Positions 1-9,503 are shown, counted from the first letter of the stretch. The stretch: DNA of 64,000 nt from Desulfovibrio sp. (GCA_031550695.1 JAVBOI010000017.1:3637-67636), one strand, 5' to 3'. Translations and numbers: made by a program. The notes: generated by a model not told the origin, from the sequence alone.

Positions 1-1854
1 CTCGGGCCTGTTCAGCATTTCCAGGCGGTCTTTTTCCGCCGCGTCCATGTACATGGCCAGCCCTTCTATTTCGTCCAGGGCCACGCGGGCGGGTTTGCTC
101 GGCGCTTTCATCAGAATGGAGAAGACGCAGGCGACCGCAAGCATGGCCGTGGGCGCAATCCAGTACGGGCCGGAAAAAAAGCCCGCGCTCCACAGCGCGG
201 CGATTCCGGCCGCCGGGAAGATGCAAAGCGCCAGACTCACCACGCTCAGGCCGGCCGTGCGCAACGAGAGAATCGCCAGAGCGGAGACCAGAGTAAAGGT
301 CCAGCTCACCAGAAACACCAGGGCCGGCCCGGGCAGTTCCACCGAGCCCGTGCTCTGCACCGGGATATCGGCATTCCAGAAACACACGGTGTAGGCCAGG
401 GGAAGAATCAAAAGCCAGCCCAGCATGGAAATCCAGGAATTCAGTGCCCAGGCTGCTTTGTAGTTTTTGTTCACGGGGCTGTTGGCGGCGCTTCTGATGC
501 TCCGCATGGCCTCTTGTTTCGGGCTCAGGATCAGTTCGCCGTCCGTGTCCGCCTCTTCCGTCAGCCTTTCGTGCGCGGCCCGTTCTTCCGGGGAAAGGGC
601 GGGCTGGCCGGACTGCGGAAGCGGCCTGGGCCGCAGGACATAAAGGTCGTCTTCTGTTTTTCCGATGGCGCACAGCTTTTTCACGGCCAGACAGAGCAGC
701 AGGGCGGCCAGCCCCTGGTTGGTGGTGTCCCCATGATTGCGCAAAAACTGCATGCCCAGGGGGGACATGGGGGCAACGACGAAGTCCTCCGGAGGCTTTC
801 CTTTGCCCATGTAAGGAGCCATGGGGGGATGGAAGCGGGGGATGATCGTGCCTTTGGCCGGGTCTTTTCCGATCGCCCGCCAGCACAGGAAAAAATACAG
901 GAATACCAGGCAGAATATAGCGGCATGCAGGGGCAGGGCGGGGTAATCATACAGGATACGATCATAATGATACAGGGCGAGGCTCAGAATTCCTTTTTCG
1001 GCGGCGTTTTTTTCCTCGGCGGCCCGGCGGGCTTCGGCTTCGGCCAGACTGGCTTCGTACTCGGCCCTGCGGGCCTCTCTTTCGGCATCTTCCACCTTTT
1101 GCCTTTCCAGAAAGGCGGGCATGGGGTCGGCAATGGCGTTCTTGGGAAAACTCACGGCCACGGTAAGCTGTTCGCCGGGCATGATGTGCGTGTCAAAACG
1201 GTCAAAGACCTTTTTGCCGGCGAATTCGGCCTGGTTGGGCGCGGGGCGGGAGATTTCCACCTCGTCCGTGTTCTTGGTCCCGCCCTTGCCCAGCCAGGCG
1301 ATGGTCTTTTCCACGGGCACGCCCTTGGGCAGAACGATCCGGCAGGAAAACTTGTCGATGCGAAAGGCCCAGACGCCGGTGGCGTTCCAGTTCAGTTCAT
1401 CGTGGTCGCCATAGCGGCGCAGGTGCAGCGAGGTGTCGTATTCCAGAACAAAACGATGCCGCCCCTTGTCGAGCGGCTTTGAGCCGCGCATGAAAATGCG
1501 GATGACGTCGCCGAGCCTGCTTGTGTCGCCCGTGCCCAACGGGCGATCGTCCAGGGTCGCGGAAATCACCGTAAAGGGCACAAGACCCCGGTATGATTCC
1601 GGCCCGGAATAGCGGAGCGGGAAATCGCGGTAGATGCCGCGTTTGATCTGCTCCCCTTCGGCGGTCACGGTATATTCCTCCCGCACCCGCATGCTTCCGT
1701 CGGGATGAACGGTTATGGTGGAGATGAATTCGTTGACGGCTTCGGCGGCGTTGCCCTCAAAAACAGGGACAAGCAGGCAGAGCAGGAGCAGCGCGGGCAG
1801 AACCAGGCGGCGCGCGCGGAAGGGAAAAGCGAAAAGCGGCATAACGAGCCTCAT
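1..1854 (-). CDS. DUF2207 family membrane protein (3' end outside the window)
   Basis: Not in the ORF track because it runs off the edge. Manual translation of both ends, which share a frame: ATG 1854 gives a signal peptide then EFISTITVHPDGSMRVREEYTVTAEGEQIKRGIYRDFP; the edge reads LMKAPSKPARVALDEIEGLAMYMDAAEKDRLEMLNRPE. Both segments are typical of DUF2207. Confidence 0.85.
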   Translation of the reverse strand, partial: MRLVMPLFAFPFRARRLVLPALLLLCLLVPVFEGNAAEAVNEFISTITVHPDGSMRVREEYTVTAEGEQIKRGIYRDFPLRYSGPESYRGLVPFTVISATLDDRPLGTGDTSRLGDVIRIFMRGSKPLDKGRHRFVLEYDTSLHLRRYGDHDELNWNATGVWAFRIDKFSCRIVLPKGVPVEKTIAWLGKGGTKNTDEVEISRPAPNQAEFAGKKVFDRFDTHIMPGEQLTVAVSFPKNAIADPMPAFLERQKVEDAEREARRAEYEASLAEAEARRAAEEKNAAEKGILSLALYHYDRILYDYPALPLHAAIFCLVFLYFFLCWRAIGKDPAKGTIIPRFHPPMAPYMGKGKPPEDFVVAPMSPLGMQFLRNHGDTTNQGLAALLLCLAVKKLCAIGKTEDDLYVLRPRPLPQSGQPALSPEERAAHERLTEEADTDGELILSPKQEAMRSIRSAANSPVNKNYKAAWALNSWISMLGWLLILPLAYTVCFWNADIPVQSTGSVELPGPALVFLVSWTFTLVSALAILSLRTAGLSVVSLALCIFPAAGIAALWSAGFFSGPYWIAPTAMLAVACVFSILMKAPSKPARVALDEIEGLAMYMDAAEKDRLEMLNRPE

Positions 1855-1889
1855 TTGTTTGAATGCGTTTTTTGTCTCCGGGGGAGTTC

Positions 1890-2846
1890 TCAGCGACGCT
1901 TTATGCGCAACTCGGCTTCAGGTTCGCCCTGGGCGAGCAGCAGTTCGTACCGAAGCGACTCCGAGGCGAAAACAAGACGGAGTCCGGAGACGTTTTCCCG
2001 AATTTCCGGCTTGTTCAAGGCAATAATCTGTTGCCGGAAGGCTTCCCATTGTTTGTCCGGATCGGCCTGTTCCATTCCCTTCGGCAGCGAGGCAGTCGCC
2101 TCCAGGGCAAGCCCCTCGTTGCTGAAGGCGACCGCCGCCGTCGGGTTCGCCTCAAGCAGCAGCGGCAAGACCCCGCAGGATTGCAGATCGTCCAGAGCAA
2201 GCGCGAACGCCTTGCCGTTCATGGGCGCGGACAGGCGTATGGCGCGCAGCCGTTGGCCGCCCCTGGCGGATTCCGCGAATTCCGCCGTTCCGGGCACGAT
2301 GCTCCAGGACGACCCGGCCAGGCTGACGGCGTAGGGTTCCGGCGAAAAGTCCTTCAGGCCCAGGGGGTTCATCCATTCCGCCCAGCGCGTTTGCGTGAGC
2401 ATGTCCGCTTCCATGTCGCCCTGAAGCAAGTGAAAGGGCAGGCCGGCCGGAACCGCGAAGCCCTGCCCCCGCTCCCTGACGACCAGCCGGGGAAAGTCGT
2501 TGACGGTGCCGTCTTTTACCCGGTGCGTCTCCAGGATAAGGATTTCGCTGCCGGCGAGATAGGAAAGGGTAAAGAACTGCAACGCGGTGTTGTCGTTGAG
2601 TTTCACGATCAGTCTGGCGCAGCCGTTCAGGCCCGAGTCGTCCACGGCGGCTTTTTGCCCGCCGGCGACAGGCCCGGTTATCGGCCAGGGCGTATTGCCG
2701 GGGGCCGCGCCGTACACCTCCGTGACAGGCGCCTCAAGCGCGTTGTGAAAGACGGGCGCGGCAAGAAGCCGCGACGGGCAGACGAAAACGGCCGGAAAAA
2801 GCAGAATCAGGCCCCATAGCCAGAGGGAAAGAAGATTGTTGCGCAT
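1890..2846 (-). CDS. Hypothetical exported protein
   Basis: ORF 1890..2945. Likely start is MRNNLLSLWLWGLILLF at 2846 with GAGGA upstream. Hydrophobic N-terminus; 35 nt upstream of the co-directional DUF2207 gene. Confidence 0.65.
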   Translation of the reverse strand: MRNNLLSLWLWGLILLFPAVFVCPSRLLAAPVFHNALEAPVTEVYGAAPGNTPWPITGPVAGGQKAAVDDSGLNGCARLIVKLNDNTALQFFTLSYLAGSEILILETHRVKDGTVNDFPRLVVRERGQGFAVPAGLPFHLLQGDMEADMLTQTRWAEWMNPLGLKDFSPEPYAVSLAGSSWSIVPGTAEFAESARGGQRLRAIRLSAPMNGKAFALALDDLQSCGVLPLLLEANPTAAVAFSNEGLALEATASLPKGMEQADPDKQWEAFRQQIIALNKPEIRENVSGLRLVFASESLRYELLLAQGEPEAELRIKRR

Positions 2847-2928
2847 GTTCGATCCTCGGACTGCGTGTTTTAGCGAGGGGGGCGTGGTCCGACCTTTCGT
2901 CCGCGTCGCCCGCCCGCGCTTTCGCACC

Positions 2929-2945
2929 AGCAAAAGGCGCGCCAA
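2929..2945 (-). promoter_or_regulatory. Putative sigma54 (-24/-12) promoter
   Basis: Minus strand TTGGCGCG-CCTT-TTGCT, one mismatch to TTGGCACG-N4-TTGCT, correct GG-N10-GC spacing. Confidence 0.6.
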
Positions 2946-3077
2946 TCAGGATGGCATTGCCGTGAGGCTTTCGGCCGGCGCGGTTGCGCGTCCGGCCGGC
3001 TGGACCGCCCGCGCCAGGCCAATGCCAAAAAACTTGGCAACTAATCGCGCGCCAGAAGGCGCGAGTACGATTCTTTG

Positions 3078-3118
3078 AAAAAAAGGCGTTCCCAAGGCCG
3101 TGTGCCTTGGGAACGCCT
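3078..3118 (-). terminator. Intrinsic terminator
   Basis: Stem AGGCGTTCCCAAGGC/GCCTTGGGAACGCCT followed by a T-run on the minus strand, downstream of the 3229..3984 gene. Confidence 0.75.
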
Positions 3119-3130
3119 GGTATGTCGCGT

Positions 3131-3231
3131 GCGCCTCACTCCAAGGATTTGTCCTCAGATCCTTGCCGCGAAAGAGGCGTAGGCGGGCTTTGCCCGCCGT
3201 TAAGCGACTCTTTCAAGCGTTAATTGCTCTA
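3131..3231 (-). repeat. MITE/REP-like element with TAGAGC end
   Basis: Minus strand begins TAGAGCAATTAACGCTTGAAA at the stop codon of the 3229..3984 gene. Contains GTAG-GCGGGC-TTT-GCCCGCC (3179-3198) and a CAAGGAT...ATCCTTG hairpin. End resembles copies at 12957, 20846 and 28197. Confidence 0.55.
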
Positions 3232-3984
3232 GAATTTGTCGGGCAGGGGAGCGCTCTCCTTGCTCTGAGTAAGGCCTTTTTCCTTGCTGTCGGCCGTTGC
3301 CCAGTCCTTGGCGGTTTTGCCGCAGGTTTTGATCGCGGTTACGCTTTTGCCGTCAAAACCGGACATGCCGTAGTCGCAAATATCCGTTCCGGCCAGAACA
3401 GGCGTGGTTTTCCCGGTGCTTATCCTGTGCAGCACTACCGACCGCGGGCCGCAGGGGTCGTAATCGGCGCATTTGCGCCCGCTGTTCTCGTTGATGACGG
3501 TAACGAGCACGGCGTCGTCATTCACCCAAATAAGATCCGGCAAATCCTCGCCCGTGAGGTAGGCCACCGGTTTTCCCACCGGAGCCAGCGCGGGGTAACT
3601 GACAAAACTCCAGCTTCTGACAACCCAGGTGCCGTTGTCCACAGCCAGAACGCCTCCCTTGGGCGAGAGGGAAAGCGCGGAAATCTGTTCTATGTCCACG
3701 TCCGGGATGGCGGACGTTTCCGCCGCCAGGGCGCCGGAGGCGTCAAACACGAACAGGGTCGGCTTTTTGCCGATGCGCTTGGCCGGGTCTTCATCCAGGG
3801 TAAGGAAGACCAGGTCCGAGCCTTTGATTGTCTGCACAGCTACGTCATCGCTCGTGAAAACCGTCTTTTTCCCGCCCGATTCGTACGTCATCTCCCCGTT
3901 TTGCAGGGTGGCGGCCGCCAGACCCGCCTGCGTTCCCGCCAGGATGAAAGCCGCTGTCAGCAAGGCAGCATACAATGCGCGCAT
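3229..3984 (-). CDS. Secreted hypothetical protein (paralog A)
   Basis: 251 aa, signal peptide, AGGAG RBS. Shares YDPCGP..TGKTTPVL.GT..CDY..VTA.K.C...AKDW with 4330..5079. Confidence 0.85.
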   Translation of the reverse strand: MRALYAALLTAAFILAGTQAGLAAATLQNGEMTYESGGKKTVFTSDDVAVQTIKGSDLVFLTLDEDPAKRIGKKPTLFVFDASGALAAETSAIPDVDIEQISALSLSPKGGVLAVDNGTWVVRSWSFVSYPALAPVGKPVAYLTGEDLPDLIWVNDDAVLVTVINENSGRKCADYDPCGPRSVVLHRISTGKTTPVLAGTDICDYGMSGFDGKSVTAIKTCGKTAKDWATADSKEKGLTQSKESAPLPDKF

Positions 3985-4023
3985 ATTGTTCTCCTTTTGT
4001 TCAGAACATGGTGGCGGAAAAGA

Positions 4024-4040
4024 GGCACATTTCGTGCCAA
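4024..4040 (-). promoter_or_regulatory. Putative sigma54 promoter of paralog A
   Basis: Minus strand TTGGCACG-AAAT-GTGCC, GG-N10-GC spacing. Confidence 0.6.
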
Positions 4041-4157
4041 GATCGCGCGGGGCTCTTGCAAGGGCGTTTCCGGGCGCGCTTGGGCATTGTTGTTAAGTAT
4101 GCCCATAAAATGGGCAGTGGCTTTGCCGGAATTCCCTATCCCGCCGCCTTACCTGCG

Positions 4158-4174
4158 TTGGCATAAAGGTTGCT
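4158..4174 (+). promoter_or_regulatory. Putative sigma54 promoter of paralog B
   Basis: TTGGCATA-AAGG-TTGCT, GG-N10-GC spacing. Confidence 0.65.
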
Positions 4175-4329
4175 GAGTCCCGCGTTATGACGGCGTTGTA
4201 AGCGAGCGGCCGCAACGGTTCCCCGCAAGGGTTCTTTATGGGGGATAAAACGAAACCGCCCCGGAGTAAAGCTGTCCTGGCGGCCGGGCGCGGCGCTGTT
4301 CTTGAAAGTAACACAAGGAGAATGCGATC

Positions 4330-5079
4330 ATGATGAGGTTTCCCACGCTCTGCGGCCTTGCCCTGCTGTGCTGCTGCATCGCGATTCCGGCGCAGGCGGC
4401 GGCCCCGAAAGTTTTTCTCGATCGCGGCGCGGCCAATACGGTTGTGATAGAGCGCGACGGCAAGGAAGTACGAGTGCCGGAAGACGGCTTTGGGGCGCAG
4501 CCGGTGAAAAATTCCAAACTGCTGTACACGGCTTTTGGCGACGACGATGTGGAAAAATACGGGGTCGCTCCCGGCGTGTATATTTTTGACGAAAACGGCA
4601 AGCCGGCCGCCTCCGCTCCTCTGGAAAACGCCGACATGTCCGCCGAGGCGGTTTTGTCCCCCGGCGGGACAGTGCTGGCCGTGGATTTGGGCGGCTCCCT
4701 GGTCCGCGACTGGACCTTCTTTGCCTTTCCCTCCATGAAGCGGCTGGATAAAGAAGGCGTCGGCTACTACGCGGCCGAGGATAAACCCACTCTGGTGTGG
4801 ATCAGCGACACGGACGTTCTCTTCAATACCATGAAAGTGGATGACCCCGGACGCGCATGCGGCTACGACCCCTGCGGCCCTGTTTCGGTCGCTCGTCACG
4901 ATCTGGCCACGGGCAAGACCACGCCGGTTCTTCAGGGCACGGCGCTGTGCGATTACACACTGGTGTCTTTTGCGAGCGGCGTGGTGACGGCGGAAAAGCT
5001 CTGTCTGAAGAAGGCCAAGGATTGGGAAAACTATCCTGAAAACGCGCCTCGGGAAAAGATTACCGTGAAACTGCCGTAG
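4330..5079 (+). CDS. Secreted hypothetical protein (paralog B)
   Basis: 249 aa, signal peptide ending AQA-A, AAGGAG RBS. Clear paralog of 3229..3984. Confidence 0.85.
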   Translation: MMRFPTLCGLALLCCCIAIPAQAAAPKVFLDRGAANTVVIERDGKEVRVPEDGFGAQPVKNSKLLYTAFGDDDVEKYGVAPGVYIFDENGKPAASAPLENADMSAEAVLSPGGTVLAVDLGGSLVRDWTFFAFPSMKRLDKEGVGYYAAEDKPTLVWISDTDVLFNTMKVDDPGRACGYDPCGPVSVARHDLATGKTTPVLQGTALCDYTLVSFASGVVTAEKLCLKKAKDWENYPENAPREKITVKLP

Positions 5080-5388
5080 GCGACAAGCGCAAAGCGAAAT
5101 TGTGCCAAGAACCGGCAACAAAATAGGCATGCGGCGTGGGTGACTGTTTTCCTGGTAATGGGCGCTTGTTCGCCCAAACCGCGGCGAAGTGAAGTTCCCC
5201 ACATTTGGGGGCGGTGTTCAGGGCGTGGCGATATGCGCGCTATACAGTGTTGTTGTTGTCCGTAATCGGGTCCGCCCCCAAAAGCGCGATGCCCGCGAGA
5301 CTTCCAGTCTCGCGGGCATCGTTTTTTTGGAAGATCGCGTGCCCCGTGCGCGGGCAGGGGCAAGGGCTTTGAGCCGGCCTTTCCGCTG

Positions 5389-7182
5389 TCAGCCGTTTTC
5401 AGCCCGTTCCGCGTATTCCAGATAATCGTGCTTGAGGGCCCAGATCAGGGTGAAGGCAGCCCGTTCCCGGATAAAGCCCGGCGGGGAGGACTCCTGGAAA
5501 TATTCACGCAGGACACGCATAAGATCGACCCCGGTCGTCGGCTTGCGGGCGGCCAGCAGCATCCGGCGCACGGCTTCGGCATCAAGCAGGCGCTCCATGC
5601 CGGCGTAATGGGCCAGGGGAAGCAGGCCTCGATACAGGGCGTCGCCCGTGGCGGTGCGGCGCAGACGCGCGCTTTCGAGCCAGTCCGCGTCAACAGTCCG
5701 GGAAAAATGCCCGTGGAAAAAGTCCCCAAAGCGCATGAGCTGCGGATGCCTGGACGCGCGCAAGCGTTGCTCCTCGTCCATTGTCAGAGGGCGGGCGGCC
5801 AGTTCGTCCCACACGGCCACATAGCGCTTGATGACGGCCTGCCAGGAAAAACGCTCCAGCGCCCGTTTCCGGCCGGCCTCGCCCATGCGCTCGCGCAAGG
5901 TTCGGTCCGTGCCCAGCCGGGCCAGGGCCCCGGCCAGGGCCGGCACATGCACGGCGCACGACTGGGACAGCTTCAGGTGATACTGGTTGTCAAACCAGAA
6001 CAGGGCCTGGGTTTCCGTTTCCGTAGTGTCCGAAAAACCCAGGGTGGGCGTGAGCAACCCGGTTTCGCCGTGCACGACGATGTCGCGGTAACCGTCAAAG
6101 TCCGAGGCGATAACGGGCAGTCCGGCGGCGCCGGCCTCGGCCACGGCCAGCCCGAAACTTTCCTGAATATTGTCCGAGGGGGAAAGAAAAACGTCCGCGG
6201 CCGCATAGAGCGCCCGGCGTTCCTCGTCCGTGGGGCGGACAAGGGGCAGCGTCCGTATGCCCATGCTTTCGCCGTACCGTTGCAGGGCGGCCGGCAGATC
6301 CTGGTCTTCGCCGGCCCAGCCGGCCAGAACCAGGGCGTAACCGCCTTTGGGCAGGCGCAGGCCTTCCGCCCGCCGCAGGGCGGAGAACAGGGGCATGAGA
6401 TCCATCTTGGAGTGGGGGCAGATCCGCCCCAGATAAAGAAAGAGCACTTCCCGGTCCATGCCGAGGCGGGCGCGCATGTCCCTGGCCGCCCGCGTCCGGT
6501 CCGGCGCGTCGTTTTCGCCGGTTTCCGGCGCGTTCCAGCGTTCTTCCGGGCCGGGCAGGCTTTCCGCGGCCACTCCCAACGGAATCCGCTCCAGATGGGG
6601 GCCGGGAAAGCGGTTCGCGTCAAGATTGTATTCCCGGCGCAGGCCGGTGAAGATGCGATCCATAACCAACCGGACGCTTTCCGATGTCGTTACCAGGGCG
6701 TCGCGCGGGCTGATGCCGGCCCAGAGAAGCTTCAGGTATTCCGGCATAAAGCGGGCGTAACTTAAGGAATGGGTAACGCCGGTAACGGGAAAAATATTGG
6801 CGGCAACGGCGTTGCGTAACTGGATTAATTGTGAAAAGCGCGTCAGCCCGTCGGACAGGTGCATGCAGTGGTAAACGGTTCGGGCCAGGCAGTCCTGAAG
6901 TTGCTCGCGCCGGCCGATGCGAAACGCTCCCCTGTCCACCAGGGCGGGGAAGCGCTCGCGCAGCCAGCCGCGCAAGGCTGCGTCCGCTCCGGCGTCGCCC
7001 AGAAAAAAGTGGTAGGAGTCAAAGGGATCAAGGCGAAGCAGGGCTTCGAGAAAGGTGCTGTTGGCCACTTTGCGGCCGAGGACGGGACCGCCCTCCACAA
7101 AGGCGTCCAGGGTGCCCCAGATGCGTTCGCCCGGCCGGCCCGGTCCGGGAGGCGGAATATCCGTGGTCTGGTGGGTCTGCAT
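5389..7182 (-). CDS. Glycosyltransferase family 4 (GT-B)
   Basis: Motifs YLGR...KMDL and DVFLSPSDNIQESFGLAVAEAGAAGLPVIASDFDGYRDIV. Start placed at ATG 7182. Confidence 0.85.
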   Translation of the reverse strand: MQTHQTTDIPPPGPGRPGERIWGTLDAFVEGGPVLGRKVANSTFLEALLRLDPFDSYHFFLGDAGADAALRGWLRERFPALVDRGAFRIGRREQLQDCLARTVYHCMHLSDGLTRFSQLIQLRNAVAANIFPVTGVTHSLSYARFMPEYLKLLWAGISPRDALVTTSESVRLVMDRIFTGLRREYNLDANRFPGPHLERIPLGVAAESLPGPEERWNAPETGENDAPDRTRAARDMRARLGMDREVLFLYLGRICPHSKMDLMPLFSALRRAEGLRLPKGGYALVLAGWAGEDQDLPAALQRYGESMGIRTLPLVRPTDEERRALYAAADVFLSPSDNIQESFGLAVAEAGAAGLPVIASDFDGYRDIVVHGETGLLTPTLGFSDTTETETQALFWFDNQYHLKLSQSCAVHVPALAGALARLGTDRTLRERMGEAGRKRALERFSWQAVIKRYVAVWDELAARPLTMDEEQRLRASRHPQLMRFGDFFHGHFSRTVDADWLESARLRRTATGDALYRGLLPLAHYAGMERLLDAEAVRRMLLAARKPTTGVDLMRVLREYFQESSPPGFIRERAAFTLIWALKHDYLEYAERAENG

Positions 7183-7335
7183 GGGCAATCCGTCCTGTGT
7201 AGAAAACCTGCCGTGTCTTGTCCGCCTCGCGCACTTGGGCGGCAAACAAGAGAATAGGGAATGGCCGCCTTGCGCGTCCCCCGGCCGAGAGGCGCGCCGG
7301 GGCGTAACATCTGTTTCCCCGCTCGCCTTCGCTCA

Positions 7336-7461
7336 CCCCAAATAAAAGGTTTGAAGGGAGAGGGATGGGGGTCTGGAGGAAGGACGTTTTTTTCGTAGTA
7401 GCTCGTCTTCGCTGCGCTCAGGTCGAGCGGGCTTTTCAAAGTTTCCCTCTCCCTTCCCCCG
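7336..7461 (-). repeat. Dispersed palindromic (REP-like) repeat with an internal insert
   Basis: Minus strand GGGGAAGGGAGAGGGAAACTTTG...CCTTCCTCCAGACCCCCATCCCTCTCCCTTCAAACCTTTTATTTGGG aligns with 52635..52724. Overlaps the truA stop codon. Confidence 0.65.
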
Positions 7462-8248
7462 GCTCTTCATACATCACTTCCAGCAAGGTCAAGCCCCGGG
7501 CCGGGGCTGTGGGGCAGGGCAGGGCTTTGCGGTCCCCGGCGGCCAGAAGGGCGGCCACGTCCGACGGGGCGCCTTTGCCCAGCCCGATCCAGACCAGCAA
7601 TCCCATGAGGTTGCGCACCATCTGTTTGAGAAAACCGTCGCCCTCGAAAATAAAGGTCGCCACCGGCCAGTCCGGCGGGCAAATCAAGCCGGCCAGCCAG
7701 CCGCGCCGGCAGGTGATGGAAAAGAGCGTGCGCACGGTATGGAATTGGGCCGTGCCTCTGTTCTGGAAACTGGCGAAATCATGGCGGCCGGAGAGCAGGG
7801 CGGCGGCCTCGAGCATGCGAGCCAGGTCCAAGGGCATGACGCTCCAGACAAAGTCGCGCGCGCGGGGAAGGGCTCTGTCCCGATGCATCCAGAGGCTGTA
7901 AGCGTAGCCTTTGCGCCGGGCGCTTTTGCGCGCGTGAAAATCCCGGGAAACCCACTGGGCGTCGAGCACCCGGATGTCGTAGGGAAGTTGGGCGTTCAGG
8001 GCCCAGCGCCAGTTGATGCCGCTTTTGTCCTCGGGCAGGTCAAGGTGGCAGACCTGGCCTTCGGCGTGCACGCCGGCATCGGTGCGTCCGGCTCCGAACA
8101 CGGGAACGCGCCGGCCGATCATGCGTTGCAGAATGCCTTCAAGCTCGCCCTGCACCGTGGGGGGGCGCTCGCGGGTTTTGAGGGCCTGCAACTGCCAGCC
8201 GGCATAGCGGGTGCCGTCGTAGGCGAGGGTCAGCTTAAGCCGGGGCAT
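7436..8248 (-). CDS. truA: tRNA pseudouridine(38-40) synthase
   Basis: AYDGTRYAGWQ, GAGRTDAGVHA, FLKQMVRN and TAPARGLTL motifs. Confidence 0.95.
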   Translation of the reverse strand: MPRLKLTLAYDGTRYAGWQLQALKTRERPPTVQGELEGILQRMIGRRVPVFGAGRTDAGVHAEGQVCHLDLPEDKSGINWRWALNAQLPYDIRVLDAQWVSRDFHARKSARRKGYAYSLWMHRDRALPRARDFVWSVMPLDLARMLEAAALLSGRHDFASFQNRGTAQFHTVRTLFSITCRRGWLAGLICPPDWPVATFIFEGDGFLKQMVRNLMGLLVWIGLGKGAPSDVAALLAAGDRKALPCPTAPARGLTLLEVMYEEPGEGRGKL

Positions 8249-8261
8249 GCATGAACCGGCC

Positions 8262-9065
8262 TCAGTCGAGGGGAAGCTGCATGCGGGCCAGATCCTCGGT
8301 GAGTTTGGCCGCTATTTCCGGCTTGACAAAAGTGAGGATTTCGCCGGCCTGGCGGCCGCGCATGCCCGACAAAACCCTGACGGCGATTTTCGGATCAAGG
8401 GTTTCCAGCACGGCCGCGGCTTGCTTGGACTTCATGTTGGCGAGCACGTCCACCAGATGGCGGAACTTGGCGTCTTTGGTTTCTTCGGCGTCCTTGATCA
8501 TCATGGCCAGGCGGTTTTCGAGAATGCGCATCTTTTCGAGCTTGTCGGACAGTTCGCTTTCCAGCACGCGCAGTTCCTGCTCCTTGCGGGCCAGGTCTTC
8601 CTGGCGCCGGGACATGGAGTCCAGGCTGCCCAGCTTGCTGGTGCCGTTGGCGGCGCCGGGCTTTTGCCCTTCCTTGGCCAGGGCGATGGCGGGCAGGGTC
8701 CGGGACGACTTGGCGGCCGCGTCGTTTCCAACCGGGGCGGCTATGCCGGGAGCGGCGCCCGGAGACACGGTGGGCGAAGCCGCGCCGGGGCTGTTGCGCT
8801 GCATGCCCACGTCCGGAAGAACGGCATCGACGGAAGGCGGAGCGCCGGCGGCGGGGCCGGTGGCGGCGTTGGCCATGGCCCGGCCGGAAGCGTCAGAGTT
8901 TTGAAAGAGCAGCGAAAGGCCGGGCAGGGAAGATATCTGGCCGGGCATGATCGGCTCAAGAATCAACAGCCCCAACACGGTGAGCTTGAGGGAAAAAACC
9001 AGAATCAACAGCCGGCAGAGCCTAGAAGGCCGCAGGCTTGTACCGGAGGGTCGCTGTTTCGTCAT
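8262..9065 (-). CDS. MotE-like flagellar protein (MgtE N-terminal-like domain)
   Basis: N-terminal TM, coiled coil, C-terminal HLVDVLANMKSKQAAAVLETLDPKIAVRVLSGMRGRQAGEIL. Follows and overlaps fliJ; start uncertain. Confidence 0.75.
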   Translation of the reverse strand: MTKQRPSGTSLRPSRLCRLLILVFSLKLTVLGLLILEPIMPGQISSLPGLSLLFQNSDASGRAMANAATGPAAGAPPSVDAVLPDVGMQRNSPGAASPTVSPGAAPGIAAPVGNDAAAKSSRTLPAIALAKEGQKPGAANGTSKLGSLDSMSRRQEDLARKEQELRVLESELSDKLEKMRILENRLAMMIKDAEETKDAKFRHLVDVLANMKSKQAAAVLETLDPKIAVRVLSGMRGRQAGEILTFVKPEIAAKLTEDLARMQLPLD

Positions 9066-9462
9066 AACTGTGCTGCTCTTTTTTTCGTTCTTCCAGCGCA
9101 TGGCGCGCGGCCTGCTTTTCCTTAAGTTTGTCCAGCAGGTTGCGGTCCTGGGCTCTTTGCACCAGCTCTATCCGGCGCTGGTCCACTTCATTTTCCTGTT
9201 CCGCCAGAATTTCCCTGGCCTGGGCAAGGTCTGCTTTCAGGGCGGTTTCGTATGTTTGGGCCAGCCAGCGTTCCGCCGCGCTCAGGCTCTCGGCCCTGCA
9301 CAGGCGGGCGCGTTGTTCCGCAATGGATTCGTGCAGTTTTGCTATGCGGGCCAGGGTGGCGTCGCGACGCATGGTAGCCTGGGCCAACGCCTGCATGGCC
9401 TGTTCTTCCAGTTGCTTGCGGTAACGGCGGACTTGTTCGAGCCTGAAGGAAAAGGGAGCCAT
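9022..9462 (-). CDS. fliJ: Flagellar export protein FliJ
   Basis: 146 aa, FSFRLEQVRRYRKQLEEQA N-terminus, coiled coil, LDKLKEKQ...EQ..YDE C-terminus. Confidence 0.85.
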   Translation of the reverse strand: MAPFSFRLEQVRRYRKQLEEQAMQALAQATMRRDATLARIAKLHESIAEQRARLCRAESLSAAERWLAQTYETALKADLAQAREILAEQENEVDQRRIELVQRAQDRNLLDKLKEKQAARHALEERKKEQHSYDETATLRYKPAAF

Positions 9463-9503
9463 GGCAAACCCTGTGTCATAACTTTGTCGAATGCCAGGGT
9501 AGT

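Noticed and set aside
5094-5108. sigma54-like TTGGCACAATTTCGC on the minus strand
   Set aside because: Wrong spacing, and it points antisense into a gene.
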